DNA from: Bacteroidia bacterium
GTDB taxonomy: Bacteria > Bacteroidota > Bacteroidia > UKL13-3
Direction: 5' to 3'
DNA: 64,000 nt
Assembly (NCBI GenBank): GCA_044370475.1
Contig: JBILVK010000006.1
Span: 1,817-65,816, forward strand
Shown here: one piece after another, positions 59,704-64,000 of the stretch
How positions within the stretch are numbered: the first letter of the stretch is position 1
How the letters are laid out: each line of letters starts with the position of its first letter
Made by a program: the position numbers and the translations under genes
The notes under the pieces: generated by a model
The model's database searches: none
What the model was told of the DNA's origin: nothing
What the model saw: the letters and a program-made list of their open reading frames with translations, nothing else

Positions 59704-61143
59704 CTAGTGACCACCACTTAACTTTTTATCAAAACTAATACCTTGTGATTTTAAAATACCACTCACCTTCCAGGCATAAAACGCCAAATAGGCAAAACAC
59801 AAAACACCTACTATATAACTATACTGAATATTATTAATTTCATCTGCTACAAAACCTTGAAGCCAACTCACAATACCACCACCCATAATCATCATAATTA
59901 AAAAGCTACTTCCTTGACTCGTGTGTTTTCCCAATCCGCTTATTGCCAATGTAAAAATACAAGGCCAAAGGGTACTGCAAAACAATCCTACGCTGGTAAA
60001 AGCATATACACTGGTCATGCCAGAGCTTGTCATACCTACCAATAATGCAACTATACCTAACACAGAAAAGATAAGCAACATTCTTGCTGGATTTCCTTTA
60101 CTGGCTATATCCGCAGCAATAAGTACCAAAATAATTAAGGCATAAATATAAAATGGACTTAAATCATGATTGGCCACCGCATTCACAAATAGGAAAACAG
60201 CAAAGGCAATATAAGGCGCAATAAACCGCAATATTTTTTGTGTACTCATATTATCTGTAAATGCTTCTACTGCACCTGTCCACCTACCAATCATTAAACT
60301 AGCCCAATACAAAGAAATATAAGGCGCAATATCCTTAGTTAAGAAACCTAAGTTCTTTTCCATATAAGCAGGTAAATTACTAGCAGTAGAAACTTCAACT
60401 CCTACATAAACAAATATGGCAATCATACCTAAAATCAACTGGGGATATTTAAGAGCAGAGCTTCTTCCCATGCTTACATCATTGGTTTCTTCTACAATAG
60501 CTTTTGGCCTATCTGGCAAAGATGAAAATTTCAATAATATTGCCACCAATAAAAAAGCCAAACCCAAAACCAAATAAGGAATTTTAACAGACTCTATACT
60601 CATAGAAGAGCTGGCATTGCTGGCCGAACCAAAAATAGCAAAGCTCACAATTAAGGGTCCAATGGTGGTTCCTAAGTTGTTAATTCCACCTGCTAAGGTT
60701 AACCTTTGTGACCCTGTTTCTATAGGACCTAAGGCAATGGCCAAAGGATTGGCTACCGTTTGCTGCAATGAAAATCCCAATGCTACGATAAATAAGCCCG
60801 ATAACATTAATTGGAAAGAACCCAAATTGGCAGCAGGGTAAAACAACAAGGTACCAAGGGCCGAAATTAACAATCCCAAAGCCAAACCATTTTTATACCC
60901 AATTTTATTTACCAAATCTTGCTTAATTAACAAAGAAATTCCCATATAAATGAGTGACCCAACTGTATAGGCGATATAAAAAGCCAAGGATACAAGCTGA
61001 CTTTCGCCCTGAGAAAGGTTAAAGGTTTGTTTAAATACAGGAATTAAAATATCGTTGCTTGCGGCAACAAATCCCCAGAAAAAAAACACGATTACCAAAG
61101 GAATAAATTGACCCCAATTGGTTTTTTCAGATTCTACATGCAT
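59704..61143 (-). CDS. Sugar MFS transporter (glucose/galactose or fucose permease family)
   Basis: 479 aa, about 12 TM segments. The N-terminal FFFWGFVAASNDILIPVFKQTFNLSQGESQLV block is typical of the FucP/GluP family. Confidence 0.75.
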   Translation of the reverse strand: MHVESEKTNWGQFIPLVIVFFFWGFVAASNDILIPVFKQTFNLSQGESQLVSLAFYIAYTVGSLIYMGISLLIKQDLVNKIGYKNGLALGLLISALGTLLFYPAANLGSFQLMLSGLFIVALGFSLQQTVANPLAIALGPIETGSQRLTLAGGINNLGTTIGPLIVSFAIFGSASNASSSMSIESVKIPYLVLGLAFLLVAILLKFSSLPDRPKAIVEETNDVSMGRSSALKYPQLILGMIAIFVYVGVEVSTASNLPAYMEKNLGFLTKDIAPYISLYWASLMIGRWTGAVEAFTDNMSTQKILRFIAPYIAFAVFLFVNAVANHDLSPFYIYALIILVLIAADIASKGNPARMLLIFSVLGIVALLVGMTSSGMTSVYAFTSVGLFCSTLWPCIFTLAISGLGKHTSQGSSFLIMMIMGGGIVSWLQGFVADEINNIQYSYIVGVLCFAYLAFYAWKVSGILKSQGISFDKKLSGGH

Positions 61144-61351
61144 ATACAGATATTTATAGTTTATTTTAGTAATCGCATATTAGACTTTTCTTCGATATTT
61201 TTAAAATATTAAATTGCAATAAAAATAAACTTAAAATGTAACATCAAGGTATTAATCATTTTTTTAGTTGAAATTGAATGCTATTTTTGAGTTGTGGTTA
61301 ATATTTAGCTTACATTCCCCCTTTAAATTGGTCATTTTAAATTAAAAGATT

Positions 61352-62179
61352 ATGATATCAAAGATTGTTGTTCCAACAGATTTTTCCTTACCTGCTGAAC
61401 AAGCCTTACAGTATGCCATTTCATTAGCCAAAAGGCTAAAGGCAGAATTGTGCATTCTTCACGTAAACCAAGTTGCTATGGTAGATTCAACCATGCCTGC
61501 AGAAACATACCAAATGTTTGTGAAGGAAATTGAGGATCAAACAGCCATTCAATTTGAAACCCTTGAAAAAGAAATTTTAAAGGGCACTGAGTTAACCTAC
61601 TCTTTGCACAGCAAATATGGTTTTGTAGCAGAAGAAATATGCGACTTTGCAGAGGCGCAAGAAGCAGATATGATTGTACTTGGTACCACAGGTGCCAGCG
61701 GTGCAGCGGAAGTTCTATTTGGAAGCAATGCAGCTTCTGTTGTTTCAAAATCCTTGGTACCTGTTTTGGTTATTCCACGCAATTCAACATTCAAAAACTT
61801 TACACGCATTGTTTACGCCACAGATTATAATGAACCAGAATTTCCATCTATGCTTAGGCTCATATATTTTGTAGAACAATTTGATTGCCGCTTAGATGTA
61901 GTGCATGTTAAATCGGATGCGGATAAATACTTCAATGCAGAAAACAATTTCTTTAAGAAAAACAAAGAACAGATTTCTTATCCCAACATCCATTTTGTAG
62001 AACTCGAAAAAGGCGATGTATTGCAAAGCATCAACAATTACGTAGAAACAGAACATGTAGACTTACTTGTAATGGCTAAGCATAACCGCAATTTCTTTGA
62101 CAGGTTATTTCACCGCAGCCTAAGCAAAAAAATGGCCTTCCATACCCAAATTCCATTATTGGTGTTAGTGAAGAACTAA
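61352..62179 (+). CDS. Tandem-domain universal stress protein
   Basis: Two Usp domains (IVVPTDFS...LGTTGASG and VYATDY...LLVLV). A TATTTTTG -7-like box lies at about 61282-61289. Confidence 0.75.
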   Translation: MISKIVVPTDFSLPAEQALQYAISLAKRLKAELCILHVNQVAMVDSTMPAETYQMFVKEIEDQTAIQFETLEKEILKGTELTYSLHSKYGFVAEEICDFAEAQEADMIVLGTTGASGAAEVLFGSNAASVVSKSLVPVLVIPRNSTFKNFTRIVYATDYNEPEFPSMLRLIYFVEQFDCRLDVVHVKSDADKYFNAENNFFKKNKEQISYPNIHFVELEKGDVLQSINNYVETEHVDLLVMAKHNRNFFDRLFHRSLSKKMAFHTQIPLLVLVKN

Positions 62180-62198
62180 AAAAATACAACATAAAAAT

Positions 62199-62245
62199 AA
62201 ATAGCCTAAAGAATTCAACATAGAACTCTTTAGGCTATTTTTATT
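62199..62245. terminator. Intrinsic terminator between convergent genes
   Basis: ATAGCCTAAAGA-(14-nt loop)-TCTTTAGGCTAT followed by tttttatt. Confidence 0.5.
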
Positions 62246-62258
62246 TCATCCAAAAGCA

Positions 62259-64000
62259 CTATAATTTCCAGCGAAAGCCGCCGTAAAACATTCTCCCAAA
62301 AACGGGTCCCCAAATCATACTTGCATCAAAGTAATTTCCAAATGGATTTTTTGCATCCAAAATGGGATTGTTCTGTCTAAAATTGAGCAGGTTTTCGCAA
62401 CCCACATACACATCCAATCTAAACTTAAATGTTTTGCTTACCTGCGCATTTAACAACCAAAAAGCATCTGAGAAACCTGGCAATTGGTATGCCTCGGGAT
62501 TGTTATGTGTATGCGGTAGTCTCTTCTCTCCAACCCAATTAGCGGTTAAATCGAAATTCCATTTGCGCTTGGTAGTATAAGAAGTATTCACAAACCAGCG
62601 GTGTTGTGCCAACAATGGCATGGCATACATGCCATCCTTGTATTGTGTTTTTACCTCTAACCAACGATAAGCAAATCGAACATCAAACCTTCTCACGGGT
62701 TGATAATCGAGTTGCACCTGCAAACTCCTGCTATAAGAAGCGCCCCCCAATTGATAAAAATTCACTTCCTGGGCATTCATATCTCTATCAACTACTACCT
62801 GCTTATCAAACATGGTATAGTAATAATCGATACCCACACTTCCATTGCGGTAATTTAATTTAAATTCATGGGTTAGGTTCAGACCAAAATTCCAAGCCTC
62901 TTCTGCATCAAAACCATATACTTTATTGGCAACAAATGGCTGTTGAAATACCCATTTACGTGCACTAATTAAGGTAGTTAAATTCTCGCTTAACACATTA
63001 GAAGTGCGCCAACCTTTGCCAGCCACACCTCTTATTACAGTTGCTGATGAAGGCGCGTAACGTACATGCAATCTGGGCACAAATTTCCAACCAAAATAAT
63101 TGTGGTAATCCATACGTGTACCTGCAACAGCCGTGAATAAAGCTAAGTAGGTATATGTGTACTCAAAATAAGCACCAGTCACAATTTCTCGACGCGTAAA
63201 ATGATAGTCTTGTTTATTAAACAAATGCTCGGTAACCCAATCAGATTGGTTGCTAAAACCCGCTCTATACCTGTGGTTGGTATTGCCAATGATATCTTGG
63301 TAAATCAAATTTCCAAACAAACTTTTTTGCTCCCCTTTGTACAAATTGTTGCCAAAAAAAATGTCGTAGGTCTGATCCGACCCATTTAACTGCAAACCAA
63401 TACTTCTGTATTTAGCTTTCGGAAAAACATAACCCAATTTCACCCAGCCACCCAAGCGGGCAGCATTTATAAGGGTTCCATATACTGTATTGTTTGCGGT
63501 GTCTTGCATCTTTTCCTCAAAGTTTAATTCACCACCCACTTTTTTATCCTTTACATATTGCAAGCCTGCATGAAAAACAATACCTGTTTTGTTATCTATG
63601 GCCACGCGATACAAAAAATTGCCTTGAGACCCCAAAGGATTGTCTAAATAACCATCCTTGTTTTGATCCATCCGCAATGCATAAGTACTGCCATGCAAAA
63701 ACAAAGCATGCGAAACTTTCTTATTTAATTGTTGCGCCAAAACCAGGTTGGCCTCATACCTGCCACCCTGACTAACATAAGCATTTAAGTATACCTTTTC
63801 TTTCACGGTAGGCTTGTGCAACTCTACATTTATTTGTCCAGAGATACTTTCAAAACCAGTAACTACAGAGCCCATCCCCTTTCCCACTTGGATAGAATTT
63901 ACCCAGGTACCTGGTATGTAATTGAGTCCGTAATTGGTGGCAATACCACGAATACCGGGGAGTTGCTCCTGACTCATTTGCGTATATTGCCCAGCCAAAC
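62259..64000 (-). CDS. TonB-dependent receptor, C-terminal barrel portion (N-terminus lies beyond the window end)
   Basis: The ORF is open to the window edge. Beta-barrel-type alternating pattern rich in Y/F/N/G, ending YGGFRWKL. The track's M at 63998 is only the first TTG in frame, not a real start. Confidence 0.7.
   Translation of the reverse strand, partial: LAGQYTQMSQEQLPGIRGIATNYGLNYIPGTWVNSIQVGKGMGSVVTGFESISGQINVELHKPTVKEKVYLNAYVSQGGRYEANLVLAQQLNKKVSHALFLHGSTYALRMDQNKDGYLDNPLGSQGNFLYRVAIDNKTGIVFHAGLQYVKDKKVGGELNFEEKMQDTANNTVYGTLINAARLGGWVKLGYVFPKAKYRSIGLQLNGSDQTYDIFFGNNLYKGEQKSLFGNLIYQDIIGNTNHRYRAGFSNQSDWVTEHLFNKQDYHFTRREIVTGAYFEYTYTYLALFTAVAGTRMDYHNYFGWKFVPRLHVRYAPSSATVIRGVAGKGWRTSNVLSENLTTLISARKWVFQQPFVANKVYGFDAEEAWNFGLNLTHEFKLNYRNGSVGIDYYYTMFDKQVVVDRDMNAQEVNFYQLGGASYSRSLQVQLDYQPVRRFDVRFAYRWLEVKTQYKDGMYAMPLLAQHRWFVNTSYTTKRKWNFDLTANWVGEKRLPHTHNNPEAYQLPGFSDAFWLLNAQVSKTFKFRLDVYVGCENLLNFRQNNPILDAKNPFGNYFDASMIWGPVFGRMFYGGFRWKL

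Noticed and set aside
1-64000. Searched intergenic regions for tRNA, rRNA or tmRNA genes, transposases, integrases and phage genes.
   Set aside because: No cloverleaf-like GTTCGAATC-type T-arms occur outside coding regions, there are no rRNA-like stretches, and no product resembles recombinases or transposases. The window appears to be core chromosome.

Overview
AT-rich chromosomal segment of a Bacteroidota bacterium. The phylum call rests on several T9SS-type C-terminal sorting domains, a PorV-family gene, TTG/TAnnTTTG-type promoters, a fused BCKDH E1 alpha/beta gene and a Rho with a large insertion. About 50 protein-coding genes are tightly packed. I found no rRNA, tRNA, CRISPR array, transposase or integrase. 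Most of the window is housekeeping: recO, ruvC, greA, mgtE, rsmA, pepA, pdxA, the yceD-rpmF-plsX-fabH-accB-accC lipid block, ahcY, rho and a photolyase. Envelope, uptake and redox genes sit between these. Both window edges cut TonB-dependent receptors. The left one has no ATG and no in-window stop, so it is missing from the ORF track. Five regions deserve follow-up. (1) An operon at 10900-19723 joins a very large Oar-like TonB-dependent-receptor-type barrel, a 1277-aa secreted protein of unknown family with a CTD-like end, and a PorV-family barrel. The large protein occupies the position where PorU normally sits but does not look like a C25 peptidase. (2) A five-gene operon at 45493-52022 has three tandem paralogous small beta-barrel proteins followed by a transglutaminase-like cysteine protease and a catalytically degenerate paralogue, divergent from an unusual N-terminal-OmpA-domain protein. 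(3) Rho carries a roughly 245-aa insertion with an AT-hook, RND repeats and an Asn-rich prion-like tract encoded by 81-nt tandem repeats. (4) A GC-rich repeat and hairpin island lies at 36755-37045. (5) A TlpA-like redoxin gene overlaps a lipoprotein that fuses a CxxCH heme motif to a PHM/DBH-like copper monooxygenase fold. All functional calls come from motif recognition by eye. No database search was run.
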